Shown here: positions 38,262 through 51,119 of the stretch, piece after piece
Position numbering within the stretch: position 1 is the stretch's first letter
Layout of the letters: each line of letters opens with the position of its first letter
NCBI GenBank assembly: GCA_951406725.2
Contig: OX597825.1
Location: 24,180,001-24,244,000, forward strand
DNA from: Octopus vulgaris
Taxonomy: Eukaryota
Length of the DNA stretch: 64,000 bases
Reading direction: 5' to 3'
Program-made: the position numbers and the translations under genes
The notes under the pieces: model-generated
The model's database searches: none
Told to the model about the DNA's origin: nothing
The model's input: only the letters and a program-made list of their open reading frames with translations

Positions 38262-38559
38262 CAGGGTTCAATTTGAAGGAGATTTGACTGCTATTTCTCG
38301 CTGATCAAGTGACTGTCACTTGTAGAGGTTCTGTCTTTTGCTAGACAACACACTCACACTCCTACTTTCTACTCAGACACCTTTTAATATGTATGTATAT
38401 CAGGGCCCCTTCAGGGTTCAATTTGAAGGAGATTTGACTACTATTTCTAGCTGATCAAGTGACTGTCACTTGTAGAGGTTCTGTCTTTTACAAGACAACA
38501 TACTCTCATTCCTGCTTTCTACTCAGTCACCTTTTAATATGTATGTATATCAGGGCCCC
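38262..38559. repeat. 150-bp tandem duplication
   Basis: cagggttcaatttgaaggagatttgac...tatcagggcccc starts at 38262 and 38412, with several substitutions. Confidence 0.9.
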
Positions 38560-38934
38560 ATCACAGGGATTTCATCTAACCTATTGGTCCTAGGAGTAAA
38601 GGGCCAAAGAGGGGCCCATGCTATCTGCCATATTGCCCCTAAGAAAGGGAAAAGAAGAACAAACCTCAAATTCCTCTGATTTTTTGAGAGGTTCTTCTTC
38701 TGGAATCAGAGCCTGATTCAAGAAGGAAGCTCTTGTTGTGCTTTCTCATATTTCTCTCAGACATGGTGTATATCTTATTCATGATCTTGGGAGATTTTGT
38801 ATTGTTTGTTCTTAGCTTAGAAGAAAAACAGAAAGCTAATACCTTGTAAGATTTGAACTCAGAATATTAAGCAATGAGACCAAATACAGAAAGTGTTGCC
38901 GTTTTTTTATTTTCTTTTTTGCACTTGCTGGGTC

Positions 38935-39347
38935 TTGAGAAATGGGCCATGCTCACAGCTTTTGCAAGGGTTTTGAGAAAGGGGTCATGCTCACAGCTTT
39001 TGCAAGGGTTTTGAGAAAGGGGCTATGCTCACAGCTTTTGCAAGGGTTTTGAGAAAGGGGCCATGCTCACAGCTTTTGCAAGGGTTTTGAGAAAGGGGCC
39101 ATGCTCACAGCTTTTTCAAGGGTTTTGAGAAAGGGGCCATGCTCACAGCTTTTGCAAGGGTTTTGAGAAAGGGGCTATGCTCACAGCTTTTGCAAGGGTT
39201 TTGAGAAAGGGGCCATGCTCACAGCTTTTGCAAGGGTTTTGAGAAAGGGGCCATGCTCACAGCTTTTTCAAGGATTTTGAGAAAGGGGCCATGCTCACAG
39301 CTTTTGCAAGGGTTTTGAGAAAGGGGCCATGCTCACAGCTTTTGCAA
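38935..39347. repeat. 38-bp minisatellite, ~11 copies
   Basis: Unit gggccatgctcacagcttttgcaagggttttgagaaag, with no spacers between units. Confidence 0.95.
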
Positions 39348-41379
39348 ATCTTCTATGACTTGAGTAGTAGCTGATATCATTAACATTACTCTTGAACCAT
39401 TGCATGTTAACATTCAAGGGACAGGCATGAACACAGAGGTAGTTCCACAGTACCCATGTTTTGAGAAGGAAAGAGGGACTGAACATAGTTATTACCACCT
39501 TAATATTTCCTAATACTGGTTTATTACATTAGCTCAAAACTCCAAATCTATAAAAGAAGAGTTCTTGCACTTAAGCCCTTCACTCCCAATGGAGAAATGG
39601 CCATCAAAGTATTTTCTCTACTCTTCTCATCTTTGGGCTGTCTTTTTCTGCTTCTTCCCCAAGGTCTTGTTGGTTTTGAACTGTTACCAATGCTTCTGTT
39701 ACTCTGCTTTTTTTTCTTGGTAAAGGTGTTAGCCCTACGCGACCCCATTTTTATGGCTATGAAGAGGTGGTTCATAGTGGTCTGGTCTCTATCTTTTCAC
39801 CTGTCCAGCAAGGGAGGCCCTAGTAGGAGTTTGTTCTCCTTGTTCTCCACTGTCATAGCTCTCAGAGTCATTGAAATACAAATCAGCATACCACAAGGGC
39901 TGGACATTATGTAGATATGGGTAGGGTGACATCAGTTAAATCCAAGACCATGATAACAATGGCATTTATGTTACTGGCCCTATGACGGTTGCGGCTAGGG
40001 GGCAATATATACAGTTGAACCTAAAAGGATCTGAAATCACAATTTGAACAGATCTAATGATTTCCATCTACTAAACACACAGCAAAAAAGTTAGAGGCTG
40101 CTGGTGGTTGGTGTTGGGAAGAGCATCCAGCTGTAAAAGCCATGCCAAAACAGACACAGAAGTCTGGTGCAAACTCCTGCCTGATCAGCTCCTGTTAAAC
40201 CATCCAGTGAATTATTCAAGCTCCAAAAAATTCCTCTCAACACAGGGCTATGATGCCCTGCCACTACTCCCGCCCAGGATCAGAGATGCACATATTGTCA
40301 GCCACTAAGGGACATGCACAACTGGTTATGGTCAAGCAACTGACACACTATGTTTTGCTATGTGTAGGACCAGTCCAAATATGTAGTTTGTTACTGGTGT
40401 AGAGATGTGACAGTTGAAGAAAGTTAGGATGCTTGTTTTATGATCAGATGGATGTGAGTTTGATTTCTCGATCAACGCACTTTGCTTCATATTTCTCCAG
40501 TTTACCCAACTCGTAAACCAATACCTGCCTTGTGCTGATGCAGCCCTCCATCTTTCTAGTTGTCATTCCTGAAATGTTCTGCTGATGCGTGGGTGAGCAT
40601 TTTCAGAGAATTCCTACCTTTTCTCATGTCTACTTAAACACTTAAAAACAAACTGACAAAAGCATGGCCCATACTAACAACTCATACTTGTTTGTGAGTG
40701 AGGGCTGTCATTAGTTTTATATTACAGTAATTTATTTTACCAAAATCACCAAAATGGAAAGTAAAGTCGACCCACATGCAGAGTGACCTTATTAAAGGTT
40801 GTGAAACATTTAGCCCAATACCAATATGTTCACCTCTTGTTCAAATTCTTTTCTGACCAATTGGGTCTATTGCAATACCTGTTCCCTTCTCTTATATTAA
40901 ACTTCAAAGTTACAGTCAACCTTTACTTTAATACCTACCCAGTCTGATGATCAGGAACATGAAATTTAACTATATAAATATCAGGTGCTAACTATAATAA
41001 TCACACACACACATCACCTCACATACATGCACACATGTAAGTATTAATGCTTGTTTCTATCTAGGTTGTTAAAGGATAAGTACCAAAAAATATGTGCCAG
41101 TGAAAGGACTCAATATTGGGCATAGCATCAAATATTATTACGTAAAAAACGGGGAGGGTAACTATAATTTCAAGCTTGTCCCTTCAGTCATTATCAAAAA
41201 CGGTAAGAGAGGATGGAACTAGTCAAACCATGTACCTGTAGATCAGAGAGCAATATTTGGCAGAGAGCACCTGCTCTTGGTTGTCAGAGTGATTTTGGAT
41301 CTGTAGAGTTCCCTGAATGACATTGGTCAAAGGACTGCCTGTATCAAAATGACCATCTCACCCATGTTTTTCTATACAC

Positions 41380-41625
41380 TTTTCTCTTTTTTTACTCTTT
41401 TACTCACTTCAGTCATTTGACTGTGGCCATGCTGGAGCACTCCCTTTAGTCGAGCAAATCAACCCCAGGACTTATTCTTTGTAAGCCTAGTACTTATTCT
41501 ATCGGTCTCTTTTGCCGAACCGCTAAGTTACGGGGACATAAACACACCAGCACTGGTTGTCAAGCAATGTTGGGGGGACAGACAGACATGTAAACATAGA
41601 CACACACACATATATACACACGTAC

Positions 41626-41662
<37 letters not shown>

Positions 41663-41822
41663 CAGGCTTCTTTCAGTTTCTCTCTACCAAATCCACTCAC
41701 AAGGCTTCGGTCGGCCTGAGGCTATAGTAGAAGACACTTGCTCAATATGCCATGCAGTGGGACTGAACCTGGAACCATGTGGCTGGTTAGCAAACTACTT
41801 ACCACACAGCCACTCCTATGCC
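41380..41822 (-). mobile_element. SINE family A, full length
   Basis: Complete reverse complement from tactcttt tail to ttaccacacagccactcct. Confidence 0.92.
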
Positions 41823-41832
41823 TATTATTATC

Positions 41833-41897
<65 letters not shown>

Positions 41898-41927
41898 CAT
41901 TATTATTATCATTATTATCATTATTGT

Positions 41928-42148
41928 AGTGAGCTGGCAGAATCATTAGCAAGCTGGATGAAATGCTTAGCAGTATTTCGCTCGCTGTTATGTTCTGAGT
42001 TCAAATTCCACCAGGGTCAACTTTGCCTTTCATCCTTTCGGAGTCAATAAATTAAGTACCAGTTGAGTACTGGGGTCGATGTAATCGGCTTAATCCTTCC
42101 ACCCAAATTTGAGGCCTTGTGGTTCCTGTAGAAAAGATTATTATTATT
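41928..42148 (+). mobile_element. SINE family B, full length
   Basis: gagctggcagaatcattagc...gagttcaaattcc...ctttgcctttcatcctttcgg...gtagaaaagattattatt. Confidence 0.9.
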
Positions 42149-42154
42149 AATATC

Positions 42155-42523
42155 ATTACCTCCAACTTAGCGAAGGCAGAGGTATTGTTTTCAGTTGTAT
42201 TTGTTTGTTTGTTTGGCTATGGAAAAGATATCTCAAAAACCACTGGATGGATTTGGATGAAACTTTCAGGGATGTTTGGCCTCATGACTGGCACAAACTG
42301 ATTAGATTTTGGGATCGATCTGATATGGGACAAGGATTGTGGATTATTTTTCCGTTTTTTTACTTAATTTTTGAGGGCAGTCAGGTTCATTTTCAATATT
42401 TTTGTTTGTGAAAGCAATCGAGTTTATTTCAGATATTCTCATTTTAAGAAGCATCTCTGGCTAATTGTTGAGAGGACGTTGGTGTTGCCTTGGCAGAGGT
42501 TTGTGCTCTCTGAGTGGTCCTGT
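42155..42523 (+). mobile_element. Helentron/DINE-1-like non-autonomous element
   Basis: 5' attacctcc..ggcagaggt, a (GTTT)n tract, gatggatttggatgaaacttt, and 3' ccttggcagaggt with a gctctctgagt hairpin: the subterminal inverted repeat layout of HINE/DINE-1 elements. Confidence 0.6.
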
Positions 42524-42524
42524 T

Positions 42525-42559
<35 letters not shown>

Positions 42560-42735
42560 TATTATTATTATTATTACAATTATTATTATCATTATTATTC
42601 GACTTGACTCAGGATTGGTCTTGTTCCTGGTAGAATTTATGTCAGTAATCTTAGATATTGACATGAATTCAATAAACTTGTCTTTTCTGTTCCTAAGAGG
42701 CAAAACATCAGCAGAAGATCTGCATATTATTATTA

Positions 42736-42817
<82 letters not shown>

Positions 42818-42854
42818 CATTATTATTATTATTTTTATTATTATTTTAAAATAA

Positions 42855-42995
42855 AATATGGTCCATTGTCTTCTGCTGAACCGGGGTCATCCTTGGACCC
42901 TAGGGTCACAGCAGGTCCTCATCTCATAGAGAGTACATGGCGTTAAATGTGTGTGGAACCTAGCAACACTATTCTCTGAAGTTCTCCCACTTTTA
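42855..42995 (-). mobile_element. R4/Dong 3' end (different subfamily) within (TAA)n
   Basis: rc translates KVGELQRIVLLGSTHI*RHVLSMR*; (ATT)n on both sides. Confidence 0.65.
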
Positions 42996-43045
<50 letters not shown>

Positions 43046-43066
43046 ACTTTTTCTTTCTCTTATTAT

Positions 43067-43490
43067 TGAGTGAGAGGGCAGCACATGCTATCAAAGTGAC
43101 ACTAGGGTACAAATATACAAAGCCCAATATACCCAACATGACTACCCGTCTGTTAAGGGTACACCAGGCTCATGCATCACAACCACATTTGCATGGTATG
43201 GCGACCTCATATCAAAATAAATAGCTCATGACCTTGCAAGTGGGGCCCAGTTTGAATTTTCTTCAGGTTGAGTAACCCATCCCATTCAAAAGGTCCCTGA
43301 AGAAGGTTTGTTTAAAGATGATGAATGAAACACCCTTGTTTCCAGAGGTGAATTATTCAAACTCCAAAGAATTCCTCTCAACACAGGACTATGATGTTCC
43401 CCAACACTACTCCTGCTTAGGATCAGAGATGCACATACCGTCAGCCACTAAGGGACATGCTCAACTGGTTATGGTCAAGCAACTGACACA
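43067..43490 (-). mobile_element. Unclassified ~560-bp element, truncated, older copy
   Basis: Colinear with 28031-28450. Confidence 0.8.
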
Positions 43491-43745
43491 CTATGTTTTG
43501 CTATGTGTAGGACCAGTCCAAATATCAGCCAAGTCCATCATGTGGATCTCCATAGCACCTATCTTTAACAAGGTGGAACAGCCATTGTTCCACTATGTAG
43601 AGGCTATGACAAAAGAGATTGTGTGGTGGATGAGGCTGAAAGGAATGAAGAAAGACACCTTCCTCTTTGCTCAAGCCCTCATTGACACTTTTAAGCTCCC
43701 TATAGAAAATGGAAAGGTGACAGTGAAGTTGGAAGTGTTCTCTCC
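43491..43745 (+). mobile_element. Tx1/L1-like LINE ORF2 C-terminal fragment
   Basis: AMTKEIVWWMRLKGMKKDTFLFAQALIDTFK, homologous to the 12540 and 28790 copies. Confidence 0.65.
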
Positions 43746-43759
43746 CCACCTAACTGGCG

Positions 43760-43922
43760 CTCGTGCTGGTGGCATGTAAAAGCATCCACTACACTCTCAG
43801 AGTGGTTGGCATTAGGAAGGGCATCCAGCTGTAGAAACTCTGCCAGATCAGATTGGAGTCTGGTTCGCCAGACCTCAGTCAAATCATCCAACCCATGCTA
43901 GCATGGAAAACGGACGTTAAAC

Positions 43923-43958
<36 letters not shown>
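43760..43958 (+). mobile_element. RTE-tailed short element (family C)
   Basis: ggcattaggaagggcatccagctgtagaaac...ccaacccatgctagcatggaaaacggacgttaaac(GAT)n. Confidence 0.8.
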
Positions 43959-43959
<1 letters not shown>

Positions 43960-45235
43960 TTGGTGACTCTGGCAAAAATGGTTAGGGTGAATGAATCTAC
44001 TTAAAGAACAACTGTTGAGTGTGTGCCAATTCCTTTGGTGGTTAGGGTAATCTTGGATCTGTGGGGTTCCTTTATTCACCCTATTTAGAGGTTCTTCCAT
44101 TTCAGTGCAGAGTGAAGAACACAGGAGTAAACAAAACCATAACCACTACTGGGCATATAGTGTGTTGCTATACCAATTCCGATATTGGTAAAATAAAAAT
44201 GCAATAAATATCGTAATCATCATGCTTTATGCTTTGATGTTGTTGTTATAGTTTTTCATTTCCCAATGAAGTAGACACGAATTCAGTGGCATTCCAGACA
44301 TGACCATCCTGCTGATACAGTGTATCTGCGACTACATTATCTCATGTCCCACTCATTTTTGTCAAAGACTGCAGTGTTTGATTTGAGGAAAATTTGGCTG
44401 CTATATCTAGTGGATACAATGAATGTGTAGTGGATCTCTTGGTGACTTGTTTTGCAGGTTTGATGTTCGTAGTTACAAATTGTATATATGTATATATATG
44501 TATATATATATACATATATATATACATATACATATATATACATAAATACATGTATGTATTTATTTATATATATATATAAATATATATATAAATATGTATA
44601 TGCATATATATGCGTGTATGTATATATATATATATACATATACACACACACACATATATATATATGATGCATACATAAAGTTATTGACACACACTCACAC
44701 GTGTCTGTGTGTGTGTCAGTGTATACACACGACTATATAAAGTAAACAATTATATACGTGGGTGTACATATATATATATGCGTATTTGTGTGCGTAGGTG
44801 TTTCTGCATCTGTAGAGTCCATATATTTATTTACAATACATACCCACATTCATATATATTTACATACATACATATATACATACATATACATTTACATTTC
44901 AATACATATAAAATGAGCCAGCCATGGCATGTAACCACATAAAGTTGATGGTTATCAAAGAGGAAGTAAGCAGAATCAATGAATTTCCCTTGAAAACTAC
45001 CTTTGGTAAATAAACCATTCCGCTCTGACTTGATATATAAATAATCTAGGATGGCCTATAAACGCATTGAGTGTAAACAGGCATAACATTCCTGTGACAT
45101 TTTATATATATACATATATGTATATATTTATGTGTGTATGCATGTGAGTTTATTTACATATATATATATCTCATATGTATGTATGTGTGTGTGTGTACAT
45201 GTATGTATGTACATGTGTATGTAAAGATATATATA

Positions 45236-45402
45236 GGAGTGGCTGTGTGGTAAGTAGCTTGCTTACCAACCACATGGTTCAAGGTTCAGTCCCACTGCAT
45301 GGGACCTTGGGCACGTGTCTTCTACTATAGCCTCAAGTCATCCAAAGCCTTGTGAGTGGATTTGGTTGACAAAAACTGAAAGAAGCCTGTTTTATATATG
45401 TG

Positions 45403-45474
<72 letters not shown>

Positions 45475-45706
45475 TGTGTGTGTGTGTGTGTTTGTGTGTC
45501 TGTGTTTGTCCCCACCAATGTCGCTTGATGACCGATGCTGGTGTGTTTACATCCCCGTAACTTAGCAGTTTGGCATAAGAGACAGATAGAATAAGTACTA
45601 GGCTTACAAAGAATAAGTCCTGGGATCGATTTCCTCGACTAAATGTGGTGCTCCAGCATGGCCGCAGTCAAATGACTGAAACAAGTAAAAAAGAAGAATA
45701 AAAGAA
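45236..45706 (+). mobile_element. SINE family A, full length
   Basis: A/B boxes, internal (TA)n(TG)n, aagtaaaa tail. Confidence 0.92.
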
Positions 45707-46898
45707 TATATACAAATGTATGTATGTATGTATGTATGTATGTATGTATGTATGTATGTATGTATGTATGCAGAGAGAGTAAGAGAGATAGGGAGAAAGA
45801 GAGAAAGAGAAACATATATATGTCTATGTATGTCTGTTTGTATGCCATATATCTAAATATATGTGAATGGAAGCGTATCATCATTGCATCATTGTGTTCT
45901 ATATATATATGTAGTTTTGACTTTAAGAGTCCCTCCTTGTGTGTGGCATTTATGTATAGTAATGCCCTCTATATAAGATATAAATATATATATACATTTA
46001 TGTATATCTTTTGGTGAGGAATTGATTCTTGAAGCACAAATAAATCTATGAATAATTTAAAAAATAGCATGTGTATATTGAGTTTAATGGCCCTTTTGGA
46101 TAGAAAATTTCAAAGGCTTCCATGTACGTGTCACATATTTTTATGCACCAGACTAGACTTCTAGCAGGATAGAATTTTGAATGCTGTTTTTCAATAATTC
46201 TTGGAATCCAAAAGAAAATATACCATTAATTAATTAATTAATTAACACCTGGCAAATCAATTACAAAACCATGCTAATGTATCCCTACTTCGTTTTATCA
46301 ATGCCAAAAACGAAAATGATAAATACACATACAAGCAAAAAAACAAAAAAAAAAAACAAAAAAAACTTGTTATATATCTTCATAAGGAATCTATGACAAC
46401 AGAGTTAAAAACATGTTTTTATTACTAAAATAGTGAATTTTCAAATTTTACGTTAAAAAAAAAAAATAGATGAAAAATATTAATAAATAATAAAAGCACG
46501 CGTATTTAATCGTTTGTGGTTTTAGAGTTGAGTGAATTGGTGGTTGTTGTTTCAACAATATCAATTGTTGCTTTATTGCATGTGCAATCATTCATGAGTC
46601 AGAGCCACACTCTGCTCACACCTCTGGTGTATTATATGTATGCACAACATCAATGCAGAATTCTGCAGCGATATTGCTCCACTGTATCTGAAATTTCTTT
46701 AACAGATTACTGCACAATGTACATATATGCATCTATCTCTCTTTCTGTCTATCTATCTATCTATCTATCTATCTATCAATCTATCTATCAATCTATTTAT
46801 CTAACAGTTAGATTCTAACTATCTGTCTATCCATCTATTTATCTATCTATTTATATATCTGTTTATCTGCCTATCTATCTATATTCATCCATCCATCC

Positions 46899-46939
<41 letters not shown>

Positions 46940-46983
46940 CCTACCTATCTATCTATCTATCTATCTGTCTATCTATCTATCTA

Positions 46984-47078
<95 letters not shown>

Positions 47079-47240
47079 GTCAGTTTGTCTGCCTGTCTGT
47101 CTGTCTGTGTGTCTGTGTGTCTACCTGTCTATTTGTCTATCTCTCTATCTGTCTACCTATTTTTTTATTTATCAATCCATCTATGTATCTGCTTATCTAT
47201 CACTCACTCACTCTCTGTCTCTTTCTCCCTCTCTCTCTTT

Positions 47241-47272
<32 letters not shown>

Positions 47273-48529
47273 ATATATATATATCCATCTATATAGCTCT
47301 CTATATAAATAGCCAACATATCTATTTATACATACAATTGTGTACTTGAGTATGTGTGCGTGTACGTGTATGCAATTGAGTCCATGTTTGTCCCTCAGCA
47401 CTGTTTACAACTGCTGTTTGTGTCTTTATGTCCCCATAACTTAGTAATTTGCCGAAAGAGAACAATAGGATGGGACAGGATGATTACTGGAGCCAATTTG
47501 TTTGAAATTCTTCAAGATGGTGCCCCAGCATGGCCACAGTCTAATGACTGAAACAAAAGATAACACACACACACACATCATTCATTCAGCATCCAGTAAT
47601 ACTTCATCATACTCTCACTTTATTTGTTTTATGTGTATATATCCTCATATATACCTTGTTATATACATATATATATATATATGCAAATATATATACACAT
47701 ATATATACATATATATATATATATATGCAAATATATATATATATATATATATGTATACATATATATATATTTATATATAATGTATATATTATGTATTAAA
47801 CATGGTTAAACTCATATACACAGTTATACGTACATACATGCATACATGGTTATACATACATACAAACATAGACACACACAGATACATATACATTTATATA
47901 TATACATATATATATGCATGTGTTATGCGTGCATAACTTTATTGTGACAATGCTGAATATAGCGTTGTGTTTGGATATTTGGCTATATTTATTTATGTAT
48001 TCCTGTATAACACACTCACACACACACATGTCTATACACATACACTCACACACGCACATACATGCATACATACACATATACATACATACATAAATGCATA
48101 TATAAAAATAGATGCATGGATTTTCGTTTTTTTTTAACCTTTGCCATATGCAACAATAGTTAACCATGATGTAGTAGTAGTAATGGTGGTGGTGGTGGTG
48201 GTGGTAGTAGTAGTAGTTATGGTTGTAGTAGTAGTATATTGTGTGTGTGTGTCTATATTTAGAGATACATGAAATTCCTACTTAATTAAGCTATTGATCT
48301 CTTCATACATGTGTCTACGCTGGCATAACTGTATTAAATATACACCTATATAAATACACAGTGTATTATAAAGACGACAGAACTCCAGCATGATCACAGC
48401 TGTATTGGTTAAGCAATTTTTAAACCTGAAGAATTAACAAGTTAATGCGAGTCCCTTTACGATACCATTGGTCTATTTGCCAGAAATGGCAGCTAAATGC
48501 TCTTAACATTTCTTCCTTCCATCTTATAA

Positions 48530-49170
48530 TGGTTCTTTCTACTCTAGGCACAAGGCTTGAAATTTTGGGGTTAGGAGGTAGTCAATTATATTGACCCCAG
48601 TACTCAACTGGTACTTAATTTATTGACCCCAAAAGGGTGAATGGCAAAGTCAACCTCAGCAGAATTTGAACTCAGAACATAAAGGCAGACAAAATACCTA
48701 TTTCTTTACTACCCACAAGGGGCTAAAAAAAGAGAGGACAAACAAGGACAGACAAAAGGATTAAGTCTATTATATCGACCCCAGTGCATAACTGGTACTT
48801 ATTTAATCAACCTCGAAAAGATGAAAGGCAAAGTCGACCTTGGCAGAATTTAAACTCAGAATGTAAAGACAGACGAAATACCGCTAAGCATTTTGCCCAG
48901 CGTGCTTATGTTTCTGCCAGTTTGCCACCTTCCTCCCATCTAAAATAATCTTTTCTACTCTAGGCACAAGGCCTGAAATTTTGGGGGAGCAGGCCAGTCG
49001 ACTGCATCGATCCCAGTACTCAACTAGTACTTATTTTATCGACCCCAAAAGGATGAAAGGCAAAGTTGACCTCGGCAGAATTTGAACTCAGAACGTAAAA
49101 AACAGATGAAATACCGCTAAGCATTATGCCCAGCGTGCTAATGTTTCTGTCAGCTTGCCACCTTCCTCCC
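48530..49170 (-). mobile_element. Tandem SINE family B cluster including a Tx1-tailed unit
   Basis: Three central-domain repeats; tatttctttactacccacaaggggc unit at ~48699 as in 6772 and 6953. Confidence 0.9.
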
Positions 49171-49718
49171 ATCTTAAATAATGACAGAGCACATTGGATG
49201 ATGTAGCTAATACTAGATATACATCTATAATATTGGTTGGTCATGACTGGATTGTCTTTAGTCACAGGTTTAATATATAGCAGGATGACCCCTGAGTAAA
49301 CACCAATGAAAGCACTGACATAGATTCTAATGCATTTACGTATATGTGTGTGTGGACATTTTTATACAAGCATAGGTATACATACATACATACATATGTA
49401 TGTATGTATGTATGTATATATGTATGTATGTATTGCCACTAACATATTTTTTTGCAAAATATGGGTAGTTTATCCTATTCATGCTATATTATTAGCATTA
49501 TCCTGCCTTTGAGAATACTATTATTTCCGTATGTATGTAGGTATGTATATATATATATATATATATATACAAAAAGCAATAAAGATTCAAGTTAATTTAA
49601 ATGAATTTACTTGAATATGGTACCTAACTTAGATGCACCAAAAAAAACTATACTGATTTAACAATACAGTAATGTGGGGTGATTATAAGCGAGAATGAAG
49701 CAACAAGAATGGATAGGT

Positions 49719-49809
49719 TTTTAGTACGATCGTTTCATACAAGGACAGGTTTTATTAAAAGTTGCAAAAATTACAGCATATAAACATGTCCCGTACTCAT
49801 CAGCTAAAA
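49719..49809 (-). ncRNA. Type I hammerhead ribozyme motif (mirror copy)
   Basis: Exact reverse complement of 49883-49973. Confidence 0.75.
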
Positions 49810-49882
49810 TACATGTGAGTTCTCTAGACATCCTAGTGGTTGAGGCTATACTCCACTAGGATGTCTAGAGAACTCGCATGTA

Positions 49883-49973
49883 TTTTAGCTGATGAGTACG
49901 GGACATGTTTATATGCTGTAATTTTTGCAACTTTTAATAAAACCTGTCCTTGTATGAAACGATCGTACTAAAA
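49883..49973 (+). ncRNA. Type I hammerhead ribozyme motif
   Basis: TTTTAG CTGATGA GTACGGGACA..TGTCCTTGTAT GAAA CGATCG TA CTAAAA: stem I, core, extended stem II, palindromic helix III ACGATCGT, GUA cleavage triplet. Confidence 0.75.
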
Positions 49974-50003
49974 ACCTATCCATTCTTGTTGCTTCATTCT
50001 CGC

Positions 50004-50036
<33 letters not shown>

Positions 50037-50062
50037 TATATGTATGTATATATGTATAGGTA

Positions 50063-50468
50063 TTCTTTTATTCTTTTACTTGTTTCAGTCATTTGACTGT
50101 GGCCATGCTGGGGCACTACTTTGAAGAGTTTTAGCCGAACAGGTCAACCCCGCAGGACTTATTTTTGTATTTTCTTTTAAATCCTGGTACTTATTCTACC
50201 AGTCTCTTTTTGCTGGACTGCTAAGTTACAAGGATATAAACACTCCAACACCGGTTGTCAAGCGGTGATGGGGGAACTAACACAGACACAAAGATGCACA
50301 CACACATATATAAATATGTATGATGGGCTTCTTTCAGTTTCCATCTACCATATCCACTCACAAGGCTTTGGTTGGCCCTAGGCTATAGTAGAAGACACTT
50401 GCCCAAGGTGCCACGCAGTGGGACTGAACCCGGAAACATTTGGTCGTGAAGCAAGCTTCATACCCTGC
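50063..50468 (-). mobile_element. SINE family A
   Basis: tttcagtcatttgactgtggccatgctgg...cccaaggtgccacgcagtgggactgaacccgg. Confidence 0.9.
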
Positions 50469-50529
50469 TTATTTGTTTGTTTATGATACCCAAAACTTTC
50501 ATCTTCCTCCACCCCCAGCACATTGTCTT

Positions 50530-50900
50530 TCATGGAAGTGGACATACATGACAAGACCAATAGGAGATCGGTAGATTCTGTGGCACTGAGGACACTGAAA
50601 GTGACCCCCAAACAATAGCTGCAGGGGCTTGTTGACTCTGTCTCCCACTCTCTTCATGCCATGTTCTGTGTTTGGTTTCAAGGTGTTCTAATCCATCATC
50701 ACATACAAGACCTCCATGCCTTCCAATTAACAGCTAAGGGCTTCCAAACACTTGGAAGGGGGCACCTCATAAAATGAGAGACAGTTTGAGATGATTGTGA
50801 GAAGAAAGTTCTGGATGCCCATGAGGCCTACTTCCAGCCTCGATCTCACTGAAGAGGACTATCTTTGGGAATCAGTTGCCCAGCATCTGAATCACATAGC
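50530..50900 (-). mobile_element. RTE-clade LINE ORF2 C-terminus
   Basis: Remnants IVLFSEIEAGSRPHGHP, AVNWKAWRS and FQCPQCHRIYRSPIGL (C2H2-like end). Confidence 0.7.
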
Positions 50901-51119
50901 CAACCCATTAGAGAAGACAATAAAGGATGCAGGCCTCAATGAAGGATGCAGATCTCAATGAAGGATGCAGTTGGTTGGGAGGAGTTTGTTACAAAACAAC
51001 TTGTCCTTCCATATCCTCTCACATATTTGCCTCTGATGTCTTCTACTTCATGTTGTCAACTTGGTTATGCTTGAGTCCCAGTGAAAATTCTGACCAGAGA
51101 AAACCACTTCTGACATGAT

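Larger units (their letters stand above)
49570..50003. mobile_element. Penelope-like inverted-repeat element inserted in (TA)n
   Basis: 151-bp arms (49689-49839, 49853-50003) with one mismatch and a 13-nt loop; hammerhead in each arm; (TA)n on both flanks. Confidence 0.75.

Noticed and set aside
38935-39347. CRISPR-like regular array
   Set aside because: Units are contiguous with no unique spacers, the context is eukaryotic, and there are no cas genes; it is a minisatellite.
40940-40972. CTGATGA..GAAA motif
   Set aside because: No stem II can form.
44447-44490. Acceptor-like ttgttttgcag|G as a next exon
   Set aside because: No convincing donor follows before the (TA)n tract, and the peptide is not recognisable.
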